This document shows, in pieces, positions 1 to 11,293 of a stretch of 38,195 nt of DNA; position 1 is the first letter of the stretch; each line of letters begins with the position of its first letter. This stretch comes from Octopus bimaculoides (Eukaryota). The notes beneath the pieces are model-generated. The model made no database searches, had not been told where the DNA came from, and saw only the letters and a program-made list of their open reading frames with translations. A program made the position numbers and the translations under genes. The stretch is from the NCBI RefSeq assembly GCF_001194135.2, contig NC_068984.1, positions 139,620,632-139,658,826 on the forward strand, given 5' to 3'.

Positions 1-88
1 TATATATATATATATATATATATATATGCATAAACGTGTGTCTGTGTGTGTGTGAGTATATGTGTGTGTACATGTGTGTGTGCGTATG
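1..88. repeat. (TA)n and degenerate (TG)n microsatellite
   Basis: Read directly from the sequence. Confidence 0.95.
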
Positions 89-252
89 CGAGGGGGTTCT
101 AAACAGTTCCTGGCTTTAAGCATATCGCTAATGGCCTGGTATGAGGCCCAACTTCCCGAGTTCTTTTATAAGGCTTAGAAGAACTGATGGACTGCCGCAA
201 TAAGTGTGCGCCCCTGAGAGGGTAAAATGTTAAATAAAATCATAATTAACTG
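89..252 (+). mobile_element. Truncated mariner-derived non-autonomous element
   Basis: Starts CGAGGGGGTTCTAAACAGTTCCTGGCTTT, a mariner-like terminus. It includes a decayed transposase C-terminus, DCRNKCAPLRG*NVK* (cf. W-KC---RGEYVE*). No right TIR is seen. Confidence 0.65.
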
Positions 253-892
253 TTTTGTGTAGGGTGACTACAGCAGAGAACAGTAGTCAAGGTGAAGACG
301 GGAGAAGGTGATAAAAAAGGGCAATTATAGGAGTGTCTCTATAACGGAAAATCGCTGATGGCCCAGGAGCACGCCCCGCGGATATGTGAGTTTTTGCTGC
401 CTATATAGAGGCTCCCACGTTTTGTTGTCGACAATTACTCGAACATCCCGAGCATTCTTTGATGCCTCGAGGTTTTCACCAGCGGAAAGAGTATATGGTA
501 GTTTAAATGGAGCCTCTTTGCAGACGTGGATTAATTGAAGTTTATTCTTGTTTAAGTGCAAAATGTGATGCAGATTCTCTGCTCAACGTTCTCTGTCGTG
601 GTCAATGCGACGATCACACGCTACACACATTCCTTCAAAGCATAACTGTAAACAGCGGAAGTGAGCTAGAACATTGAAACTTAGTACGCCTACACAGCAG
701 ATTTCAAGGCCATACTGTGCCAAGGGGCTTCCCTCTGCATAAATTAGCTTCGTTGCTATGGCAAAAGTCCGGCTACTTATTAATGAGACGACGTATACAT
801 ATATATTAAATAATGTCTCCAAACTCACAAATATTCCATAACTTATCCGGTGATACGCGAAAGGAAATATAAAACAAAAGTAACAGACACAC

Positions 893-893
893 A

Positions 894-925
<32 letters not shown>
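893..925. repeat. (CA)n microsatellite
   Basis: Read directly from the sequence. Confidence 0.95.
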
Positions 926-928
<3 letters not shown>

Positions 929-1628
929 TCAGACGAACCGTTAAGTCATTATAAAACCTATTATGACGCTTTCCGTAGTAACATCACTCACTCTCAATGC
1001 TATAAATAATACGTGACACTTACCAATTCTTCGATGATCGCATACTTCTTTCTAATGAAAGACAGACAACTCTAATAAACAAATAAACATCTTTAATTAG
1101 TTTAGCAGATAAATTGTATGTGCAACCTCGCATATGTAATCTAGCATTAAATCCTTTAATCTTGTCTAAATCGAATTTCAACTGCACATTATCAAAAATC
1201 ACTGGACCATGACTATTAATATCAATTAGTAAGAGAAGACTTCGAAACTATTCAATACGCACATATTCATAATGAAACAATTTGACTAAAGTATAATCAA
1301 CTTCACAAATTTAATTAGTTTAACGGATACATAGACTCAACAACAATATACCTACACATATAACTCCAAATGAACGGTTAAAAAATATACATCAAAAACG
1401 ACGCTTTACTGCGATTATGAACATCTTTGAAAGGAATATTTAGAAAAATAACAGATTTTATTTATCAAAGAAAGTGGCTTGTCCTTTATCAATCAATAAA
1501 CCAAAAATAGAGTTAATTCTGAAATTCAATTAATAAGCAAACGAATAGAATTAAACAACATATGTGAACAGCCAAACAGACCCAACACGAAGACATTCAA
1601 CAAAGCTACGCCACTTAAATGGTCCTAT

Positions 1629-2150
1629 CTGGTTTTAGTTGGTTAGCAGCCGCTTTGATAAGGAGGCACTGCGTTGGTTAAGTCGAAAATATACCAACGC
1701 ATATAAAACACATTCGCATTCACAAATACATGTTGAATAATTAACTCATACAAGGATGTATAATAAACAGTAAATATGAACCATATGTTACATATTTATT
1801 ATCGCTTGTAACTTATTAAGATATATCTGTTATTTCCATTTTGAAATGTAGTCGTCACCCACATAATAGGGCTCATTTCTTGTTTAGATTACTAACACAT
1901 ATGCCATTCTTCCATGTACCGTACATACACACCTAAATATGTCTTCAGGTCGAGTTGCCCATCTTGCTCAAAAGGTCCCTGAATAAAGGTTATTTAAGGT
2001 TGTTGAACAAAGCACTCACTTTCCAGGGGAGAATTATTAAAACTCCAAAGAATTCCTCTCAACATATGGCCATGATGCTTCTGCACTACTTCTGCTCGTG
2101 ATCAGAGACGCACATAAATGCACAAACGCACACACACACAGACACACACA
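1629..2150 (+). repeat. Left arm of a ~500-bp inverted duplication (partner ~3560-4070)
   Basis: Matches the reverse complement of ~3560-4070. 1686-1941 is identical to the partner, and the shoulders carry scattered substitutions and indels. Confidence 0.95.
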
Positions 2151-2164
2151 CACGCATATTGTTT

Positions 2165-2345
2165 TCAAAGGTTGACCAAGGCCAGAGATTTCGTGGTCCT
2201 CAACTGGTAGTTATTTTATCAACCCCGAAAGGATTAAAGGTAAAGTCGACTTCGTGGGCATTTGAACTGAGAACGTAAAGATAGACGAAATACTGGTAAG
2301 CATTCGGCACGGTGTGCAAAACGTTTCTGCCAGCTCGCTACCTTA
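2165..2345 (-). mobile_element. SINE family A, degenerate
   Basis: The reverse complement begins GGTAGCGAGCTGGCAGAAACG and contains a GTTCAAAT B-box-like motif and the GTCGACTTT..CCTTTCGGGGT core shared with 16157 and 36833. Confidence 0.85.
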
Positions 2346-2394
2346 TACTTTCTCTCTCTCACACACGCTCACTTTCTCTCTCTCACACACGCAC

Positions 2395-2892
2395 ACTTAG
2401 ATGTTTATCGGCGCACCCATATTGTTTTTTTTTCTATCAGCGCTGATCTGAGGATTGCACTAGTGTGAAACTCGATCTGCTGACTAAGCTTGCACTGTAA
2501 TATACGGCGGGAAGTGAAAACATTATGCGCACTTTCGCCATAACATATATTTATTATTTATCACACTGCCTTCTGGGCATGCCTACTTACAGTTGGTTCC
2601 ATTGTGATTACGTGAACGATGTTTGAGCTTGATCGCGCAGATCTTCTTTAGAGTGCAAGCATGGCCGCTCCGCTAGCAACGTGTGCACCAAAGAAGAACA
2701 AAGAGAAGTTTATCCGATTTCTCTGGTCAGAAGGTGCGATACTGTATCCGCGAAAGTGCGGATACTGTTTGACTTCCCGTCGTATATTACAGTGCAAGCT
2801 TAGTCAGCAACTCGAGTTTCACACCAATGCAATCCTCAGGCCAACACCGATAGAAAAAAAAACAATATGGGTGCGCCAATAAACATCTAAGT
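2395..2892 (+). mobile_element. Mariner-derived MITE with ~125-bp inverted arms and an internal transposase N-terminus
   Basis: Arms 2395-2520 and 2767-2892 differ at 12 substitutions, and TA occurs at both ends (2398-2399, 2888-2889). The ATG at 2661 gives a frameshifted MAAPLATC-KEEQREV-RFLWSEG, a mariner transposase N-terminus. Confidence 0.85.
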
Positions 2893-2984
2893 TTAAGTTT
2901 GGAGATGTTTTCCAGTAGCAACTAACAATAGCGACATATGTTCACGTTCAAATGTACTACGACGCAATACGAATAAATATATAC

Positions 2985-2999
2985 GTGCGTGTGTGTGGG

Positions 3000-3047
<48 letters not shown>

Positions 3048-3478
3048 NNNNNNNNNNNNNNNNNNNNNNNNNNNNNNNNNNNNNNNNNNNNNNNNNNNNN
3101 NNNNNNNNNNNNNNNNNNNNNNNNNNNNNNNNNNNNNNNNNNNNNNNNNNNNNNNNNNNNNNNNNNNNNNNNNNNNNNNNNNNNNNNNNNNNNNNNNNNN
3201 NNNNNNNNNNNNNNNNNNNNNNNNNNNNNNNNNNNNNNNNNNNNNNNNNNNNNNNNNNNNNNNNNNNNNNNNNNNNNNNNNNNNNNNNNNNNNNNNNNNN
3301 NNNNNNNNNNNNNNNNNNNNNNNNNNNNNNNNNNNNNNNNNNNNNNNNNNNNNNNNNNNNNNNNNNNNNNNNNNNNNNNNNNNNNNNNNNNNNNNNNNNN
3401 NNNNNNNNNNNNNNNNNNNNNNNNNNNNNNNNNNNNNNNNNNNNNNNNNNNNNNNNNNNNNNNNNNNNNNNNNNNNNN

Positions 3479-3565
<87 letters not shown>
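2985..3565. repeat. (TG)n microsatellite spanning assembly gap 3048-3478
   Basis: TG tracts lie on both sides of the N-run. Confidence 0.95.
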
Positions 3566-3568
<3 letters not shown>

Positions 3569-4070
3569 CGCGTATATGTATTTATGTGCGTCTCTGATCA
3601 CGAGCAGAAGTAATGGGGAAGCATCATAGCCATATGTTGAGAGGAATTCTTTGGAGTTTTAATAATTCACCCGTGGAAAGATGAGTGTTTCGTTCAACAT
3701 CCTTAAATAACCCTCATTCAGGGACCTTTTGAGCAAAATGGGCAACTCGACCTGCAGACACATATTTAGGTGTGTATGTACGGTACATGGAAGAATGGCA
3801 TATGTGTTAGTAATCTAAACAAGAAATGAGCCCTATTATGTGGGTGACGACTACATTTCAAAATGGAAATAACAGATATATCTTAATAAGTTACAAGCGA
3901 TAATAAATATGTAACATATGGTTCATATTTACTGTTTATTATACATCCTTGTATGAGTTAATTATTCAACATGTATTTGTGAATGCGAATGTGTTTTATA
4001 TGCGTTGGTATATTTTCAACTTAACCTACGCAGTGCCTTATTAAAGTGGCTGCTAACCAACTAAAACCAG
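3560..4070 (-). repeat. Right arm of the inverted duplication (partner 1629-2150)
   Basis: Reverse-complement match to 1629-2150. Confidence 0.95.
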
Positions 4071-4085
4071 CAAAATACATAAACA

Positions 4086-4249
4086 TAGGCGTAGGAGGGG
4101 CTGTATCGTAAGTAGCTTGCTTACCAACCACATGGTTCCGAGTTCAGTTCCACTGCGTGGCACCTTGGCCGAGTGTCTTCTACTATAGCCTCAGACCGAC
4201 CGAAGCCTTGTGAGTGGATTTGGTATACGGAAACTGAAAGAAGCCAGTC

Positions 4250-4315
<66 letters not shown>

Positions 4316-4550
4316 GTGCGTGTGTATGCCTGTGTGTATGTCTGTGTGTATTTGTTTGCTCTCCACCACCATAATCATTGAAAACCGATGCTGGTGTGTT
4401 TAGGTCCCCGTAACAGCGGTTCAGCAAAAGAGACCGATAGAATAAGTACTAGGCTTACAAAGAATAATAAGTCCTGGGGTGGATTTGCTCGACTACAGGC
4501 GGTGCTCGAGCATAGCCACAGTCAAATGACTGAAACAAGTAAAAGAGTAA
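4086..4550 (+). mobile_element. SINE family D, near full length, with an internal (TA)n/(TG)n tract
   Basis: tRNA-like head (GGCTGT..GTAAG, GGTTCCGAGTTCAGTTCC), internal microsatellite, and a tail ending AAGTAAAAGAGTAA. Related copies lie at 10405, 21060, 23110 and 36218. Confidence 0.9.
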
Positions 4551-4760
4551 ACATGTTTATTTCGAGCTGTTTGATTATGTATCCGTGCGTGTGTACATGC
4601 CTGTAGTAAACGAACTCTTCTGAACAGACTATCAGCTGTAATTCAGAAACGATAGATATTTGTACGTAGGTACCTTCCTTATACCAACAGCATTACTGTT
4701 TGACATCATATTGCAGTCCTTCAGCCCCGATAAAATATGTATGGAGCACATATATTGTAC

Positions 4761-4885
4761 GGCTTTGCATTTCATCGTTTTGAGATCGAAAAAAGAAGTA
4801 TCAGTTGAGTACAGGTTTCGATGTAATCGACTAGCCTCCTCCCCTAGTATTTCAGGCCTTGTGCCTATAGTAGAAAGGATTATTT
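4761..4885 (+). mobile_element. SINE family A, 3' fragment
   Basis: GTCGATGTAATCGACT..CAGGCCTTGTGCCTATAGTAGAAAGG-type tail, as in other A copies. Confidence 0.75.
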
Positions 4886-5765
4886 ATTTATTTAATTTGT
4901 AGCAACAGCTGTTGCTATTGTTATTACGAAATGACACTATGTTAAAATAAGCTGACTCTCTCGAGCAACACATCTAGTCCGTAATTTTAATCAAAGCACT
5001 GTTTAATAAAGTCTTGACACTTGATCGATTACAGAGGCAATTATGTTGATTTATATTTTGTTTGAAACAGAAAAACTAGATTCGTGTCCGTATGTTCAGA
5101 CGACAACCTCGTCATGCTATTGAACAATTCAGCTACTATATTAGACAGCGTATACTGATAGTATCTACTGAAATATGTATGTCTTCTTAGTTTCAGATAT
5201 TACTTTCAACTATCTTTTTATTCGGAGGCACCCCTTTTAATTTCCTAACTTCATTTTTGTGAGGTGAAACTTATCACATCTACATAAATGTATTTGACTG
5301 TTAGTTTGTTAGTCTCTTATTGAATCGACCTCTTATTTCATTGTCCACTTACGCAATAATCAATAAACAAATGTCTAAGGCAATTCGAAATAAAATTTGG
5401 TTCAGACTTTAAAATAATAAAAAAAAAGATATCACAACGTAAAAATAATAATTAAATTGTTCTTACAGAAAACATTAAAAATATAAACAGAAATAATTGT
5501 TTCCAAGAAGAAGCAATATCAATAAAGTGATTCTTTAATCACAACTTCGAAAAGGACTGGCTGTCTACGGTCGTCTGATGATATCAGAATAAAAACGAAA
5601 GATGCGCATTTAAGTGTCTCGCTCTTGTCGGAAAAAGTATAAGCACTACTCTGAGGGGGTTTTAAAAATATCTTTTCATTGCCCGATGTTATTTATGGTT
5701 AATTTGTAAAGTTGAATGTAATTTTTTTTTACCTTCCTTTATTTTCTTTTCTTTCATTTGGCCTA

Positions 5766-6076
5766 GCAGTCCGTCGGTTACGATGATTAGGGTTCTAGCT
5801 GAGCCGATCAAAGGAACAGCTTACTCATGAAATTAATGTGACCGAACACTCCACAGACACGAGTACCCTTCACGTGGTTCTCAAGAAGATTCAGTATCAT
5901 GAAGAATGTGACATGGCTGGCTCTTTGAATTACAGGTATTACTCATTTTTCCCAACCGACTCGGCAAGAAATACGGGAGATAAAGTGTCGCGCCTAAGCA
6001 CATACGTTGCCGGGTACCGAACCCACGACCCTACGATCGCGAATCAAATACCTTAACCACTCAGCCACGCATCTTC
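5766..6076 (-). mobile_element. SINE with a tRNA/CORE-like head (as family C) and a family-B-type 3' tail, diverged
   Basis: The minus-strand head reads GCGTGGCTGAGTGGTTAAGG. The 3' part aligns by eye with the tails at 11300-11470 and 27400-27590. Confidence 0.75.
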
Positions 6077-6475
6077 TTGGCTATTTAGAATGTAAACATT
6101 TTTTTGTTTTCATATGCCAACCAATTTTCATTCGTACACACTTATTTAGGGATTATATCCATCATAAATTTGGCAAGTAAAACTTATTCTTTCTCTAAGG
6201 CATCTGTTAGATTAATGGAGAATGGTGCCGAGGTGACTGTGCAATATGTCAGATAAGAAGAGTTTGTTTTTCTTCAAGTAAAGACGAGAAAACTATAATA
6301 TGGAGAAAATGGTTGTATTCTTGCCAAAAAATAAGTGAGACGAAGTTCGTTTAACATTGAAATGTTCAAAATTTGGCTTATATTATATTTGCTGATAATA
6401 TTTATGTTTTTGCGAATGTGTATATCATGAGATTTTGCGTAAAAAGATTTCAAGCCTATATCTATATTTGTATGT

Positions 6476-6476
<1 letters not shown>

Positions 6477-6522
<46 letters not shown>

Positions 6523-6523
6523 C

Positions 6524-6609
<86 letters not shown>
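6477..6609. repeat. (CTAT)n followed by (CT)n microsatellite
   Basis: Read directly from the sequence. Confidence 0.97.
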
Positions 6610-6612
<3 letters not shown>

Positions 6613-7074
6613 CCTGTTCTCTATTTTTTCTCGTTTACGTATTTCACTCGATTTTGTTTTGTAATTACTGTTCACGAGTTGTATCTATCTCTTGTGTGTA
6701 TGTTATTTGCCCCGGTGGTCACGTCCTGTATCCATATATTTTGTATGCATATATATATGAGTACAGGACGTCACCAACAGTAAACAACATGAAATACGAA
6801 AACAAATTAGTTATATACGCAAATAACGAGAGGAAAAGGACAAGTAATATTAAGAATGACCCCTCATCAGTTGTCGGTTGTCTATCTATTCCCTATTTCG
6901 TGCACTCAAGGACAATATGAGTTTTCGAAGACAGTTGCTTCCATAAATAAATATCAAAATAAAATTTTAGATGTATGGAAGGTCAAAGTTAGGAACAAAA
7001 ACAGGATAGTAGAGACATATAGGAAAACCGGAGGAAAACAAATATGGAGGATCGTTAGATCCGAACGAGGGAAA

Positions 7075-7325
7075 AATAGAGAACGCTGAGAGATATATTT
7101 TCTTTGAAAAAAGAAAAGATAGAAGAGAGTGATATAGGTGACGTCCAGTCCGGAGAACGTCCGTGCAGGAAGGAACGATGGTCACGTGAGGAAAAGAAAG
7201 TTGGATGATGGTACGTGTGAGCAACGAGAAAGAGAAAAAGAGAAAGAAGGGGAGAGAAAGAGAGACAGAAAGAAAACGGGGAAAGTAAGAAAAGGGGATT
7301 AGAGAAGATAAGGGAGAAAACAGTA
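7075..7325 (+). repeat. Purine-rich degenerate (GA)n low-complexity tract
   Basis: Strong A/G strand bias. Confidence 0.8.
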
Positions 7326-7551
7326 TATAGTAGAGTCGCATCAAAAACGTATCTTAGAGAAACATATTTGGAAATGGATATATATACATACGTACATATA
7401 TAGATAGATACATGCATGCATACATACATAAACATACATACATATGTATAGGTACACACATATATCACTTCTTTATTTTTAGTCTGTGGGTTAAATGTGT
7501 AATCGATTGATGGTTTAAATATTTGGTTAAAGACTCAATCGGTTGCTTGTC

Positions 7552-7730
7552 TGTCAAAATCCTTTCGTCACTATTCGCGACCTCGTCAGTAACATGCCTC
7601 CTTTCATGAAGATCTGTCTTGAGACTATATCCATCCTTCAAGGTCTGTCGTTACACAGACTCAAAGTAAAACTTGAAGAGATGAGGAACGCCATTGACGA
7701 GACCACGAACACAACAAAAGGATTTTGACA
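7552..7730 (-). ncRNA. Candidate long hairpin RNA rich in G-U pairs
   Basis: Arms 7552-7623 and 7660-7730, with a 14-bp perfect base. Ten of 11 substitutions in the first 44 stem positions become G-U pairs on the minus strand. Transcription is not shown. Confidence 0.45.
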
Positions 7731-7932
7731 AGGAAAAACATACAATAAAAGCGATTGATTGTTTAAGCAACGCATTATACACACATATATATATCAGATA
7801 AAAGACGGTTTACATAATTTTAATTCTCAATGAACGCGAGATATTAGGAATTCCTCCCGCATTTTGTTTTCTCTTTTAAATAGCCAATATATTCAATGAA
7901 TGCTTTAGTATTACAAACACACATATATATAT

Positions 7933-7964
<32 letters not shown>

Positions 7965-9894
7965 NNNNNNNNNNNNNNNNNNNNNNNNNNNNNNNNNNNN
8001 NNNNNNNNNNNNNNNNNNNNNNNNNNNNNNNNNNNNNNNNNNNNNNNNNNNNNNNNNNNNNNNNNNNNNNNNNNNNNNNNNNNNNNNNNNNNNNNNNNNN
8101 NNNNNNNNNNNNNNNNNNNNNNNNNNNNNNNNNNNNNNNNNNNNNNNNNNNNNNNNNNNNNNNNNNNNNNNNNNNNNNNNNNNNNNNNNNNNNNNNNNNN
8201 NNNNNNNNNNNNNNNNNNNNNNNNNNNNNNNNNNNNNNNNNNNNNNATATATACGTATATGTATACCTATACGTATATATATATATATATGTACGTATAT
8301 GTGTATGCGTATGTGTGTATATATATGTATAGATATATGTATATATGTGTACTGTGTTATGAATACATAAATGCATACGTAAACAGATATTTATATACAT
8401 ACGTAAATACGTACTGGCATACATATTTTTATACGTGTGTATATATTTTCCTTCCTGTTTATCTTTTAAAATTTCATTAACAGTTTAATGAAACTACGGA
8501 GTTTAATATATCGTCCTTTGCCGTGTTCCCACTTGCGTAAACGTCGCTCCATCCTAATAGTGCAGCGCATATCGTTATTTTATTCAGCCTAATTTTGTTA
8601 GTCAAATTAGGCTGAATTCCATAATAAATGACTGAACGCTATTTTATTCTAGTTAAACTATAAGTAGCGGAAAGGCTGTCATTCGGATCGAGTTGTAGAG
8701 AGTGAACGAAAGAGTATAGAGGTTGTCAAACAAGGGTAAGCTTATACTTACATGTATTTAACAAGCTGTTTATGTTGAAGTGTTAATTTATCGAATAGGT
8801 ATGAATACATACATTGTCACACTCAAAAACACAAACATATATATGACCTGTTTTCGTATGTATAACTTTAAATGTTTTATATTTAGATTGCTGGGTATGT
8901 AAAATAATATCTTTTCAAAATATATGTTATCATAATGTGTATCTATCGATCAAAAGTTATTTAAAACTACTCGCTGATATAACTCTCGTTTGATTAGGCA
9001 GGTAAGTTAAATATTTTGCAATTCAATTTTTGTCCTATAGAAGACATTCGAAATGCTTAGATTAAATATACAGCAAAAATGTAGCTTCGTCAGCTATCAT
9101 GTATATGAAACATGACCTAAAAAAATATGCCTCCTAATTACTGACAATATGACTTAATTTTATTTGGCTTGGCAAATATGCGTCTGTTCATGCTCGAACG
9201 TCAGGAGAAGCGCATTATACATGCACATACAAACATACTCACAAACTGCCAAGCATAAGGATATTTATATATTTTTCACATATACACACATGTATATATA
9301 TATATATNNNNNNNNNNNNNNNNNNNNNNNNNNNNNNNNNNNNNNNNNNNNNNNNNNNNNNNNNNNNNNNNNNNNNNNNNNNNNNNNNNNNNNNNNNNNN
9401 NNNNNNNNNNNNNNNNNNNNNNNNNNNNNNNNNNNNNNNNNNNNNNNNNNNNNNNNNNNNNNNNNNNNNNNNNNNNNNNNNNNNNNNNNNNNNNNNNNNN
9501 NNNNNNNNNNNNNNNNNNNNNNNNNNNNNNNNNNNNNNNNNNNNNNNNNNNNNNNNNNNNNNNNNNNNNNNNNTATATATATATATATGTATATACTCCT
9601 TGCGTAGTGATTAGTTTGTTTGTATATATATTTTCGTGTCTATGTATATACACGCATGAAATTACACATATCAACTGAATATATGTAATTTCATGCGTGT
9701 ATATATATGTGTGTGTGTGTGTGTGTACATTGATGTGTTTGTGTGTTTCCACCACGTACGTGTTTAACAGAAATTATTTTATAATTCTATTTTCCCCTCA
9801 TTTATAATTATATAAAATGTAAGCATTTTTAGTAATACGATTTCTATAAACGTTCAACAAAAATTCATGGGTTTTGCTAAGACCTATATAACTA

Positions 9895-10141
9895 TTCGGT
9901 TGGTGCATAATTATTGCGGCTTTCCTTCAACAAATTTTATTCAACAAAACAATGACAATATTTAACAAAAACATCTTTAAATGACGGTCTGACCGTCAGC
10001 CAAGCAAATGGAAAGTAATTGAGATAAATGGTAAATATGCGCCGGAATAATCATTTAAAGATGTTTTTGTTACATGCTGTTATTGTTTTTGTTGAATAAA
10101 ATTTGTTGAAAAGAAGCCGCAATAATTATGCACCAACCCAA
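9895..10141 (+). mobile_element. Palindromic mariner MITE, copy 1
   Basis: TA then TT(C)GGTTGGTGCATAATTATTGCGGC at the left, and a matching inverted right end. Arms are ~90 bp, and the core resembles a transposase C-terminus. Confidence 0.9.
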
Positions 10142-10209
10142 TGTTACAAGCTCACAAGTTTTTTGAAGCAGGGCATGTATACATATATATGTAAGTATGT
10201 CTAGCTAGG

Positions 10210-10380
10210 AGGCTTAACAGCATTTCATCCGCCTCTACGTTCTGCGTTCAAATTCCGCTGCGGCCGATTTTTCCTATCAGCCTTTCGAGGTCGACGAAAA
10301 ATATATAACAGTACTAAGGTCGATGTAATCGCCTAACCACTGCCCCCAAAATTTCCCTCTTTGAGCCTAAGGTAGACAGA
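10210..10380 (+). mobile_element. SINE family A, degenerate, 5'-truncated
   Basis: TACGTTCTGCGTTCAAATTCCGC..CCTTTCGAGGTCGA..GGTCGATGTAATCG. Confidence 0.8.
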
Positions 10381-10404
10381 GTATGATGTGTGCATAGCTT
10401 TTAA

Positions 10405-10660
10405 CTTTTTTCTTTTTGTTTTTTGTTCGATTCAGTCATTGGACTACAGTCAAGCTGGGGCAGCGTGTTTGGTGATTTATTCGTACAAATTGACCCCAGT
10501 ACTGATTTTAAAGACTAATAATTATTCCGTGGCTATCTTTTGCAGCACTAAGTTTCAGGGTCGTAAACAAACTAACACCATCTTTAGGGACTGATGTACA
10601 GATGCAAATACAAAACCTCAAACACACAGGCACATACACAAATGGACAAACACAATCATA
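10405..10660 (-). mobile_element. SINE family D, degenerate 3' portion
   Basis: Similar by eye to the reverse complement of 4330-4550. Confidence 0.55.
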
Positions 10661-11088
10661 CACACACATGTACATAACTTAAAGATGGAATATGTGAACT
10701 TAACCCTTGTAAATTTTAACCTGTTACTCTCCTTCTCCATGGCATTACATCCCTCCTTTCCTTCCTTTCTCTGTCTTTCTTGAACTTTCCTCTGATATAT
10801 CAGATGGAGCTCTCATGTTCAACCCTTATACCAGTACTTTACAATGATGCTATAATATAAAACAGCGACGGTGAAATTACCAATTACACACAAACGTTTT
10901 TACTCCAGTAAACAGCAAAAGCGCGAAATATGTGTCTCATTCCACCTCCCCCAGTCTCAAAGATTGACAAGGCTCTCCAATAATACATTTGAATGTATTA
11001 ATCATGTATTTACCCAACAAAGAGATCTCATGAAGTTTCACTAAGATCCCTCGTCAAAACTATCAGTTGTATCCCATATAGAAACAAA

Positions 11089-11253
11089 TGTATACCAAAT
11101 ACCATCACTTGTGGCTTTCTATCCTACATATCAACTACCATCACCTATGATTTTGTATCTTATACAGTAAATACCATCACCTACAGCCTTGTATCCTATA
11201 TACCAAATAGCATCACCTGTGGTCTTGTATCCTGCATAGCAAATATCATCGCC
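11089..11253. repeat. 36-bp minisatellite, ~4.6 diverged copies
   Basis: Units start at 11089, 11125, 11161, 11197 and 11233. The consensus is about TATATACCAAATACCATCACCTGTGGCCTTGTATCC. Confidence 0.9.
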
Positions 11254-11293
11254 AGAATTTTATGCAAAATTAACTTCAACGTTTCTCTGACAT

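Noticed and set aside
5576-5615. CTGATGA..CGAAA hammerhead-like words (also 13228-13275)
   Set aside because: No stem II or stem I/III pairing can be built.
7543-7728. 61-aa plus-strand ORF over the hairpin
   Set aside because: Non-ATG start and no recognised motif; the inverted-repeat structure better explains the region.
10700-10830. Pyrimidine-rich segment faintly resembling a Penelope-type 3' end
   Set aside because: It is too degenerate, and the ribozyme core motif is absent.
11089-11253. CRISPR-like appearance of the 36-bp repeat
   Set aside because: The units are contiguous with no unique spacers, the context is eukaryotic, and no cas genes are present.
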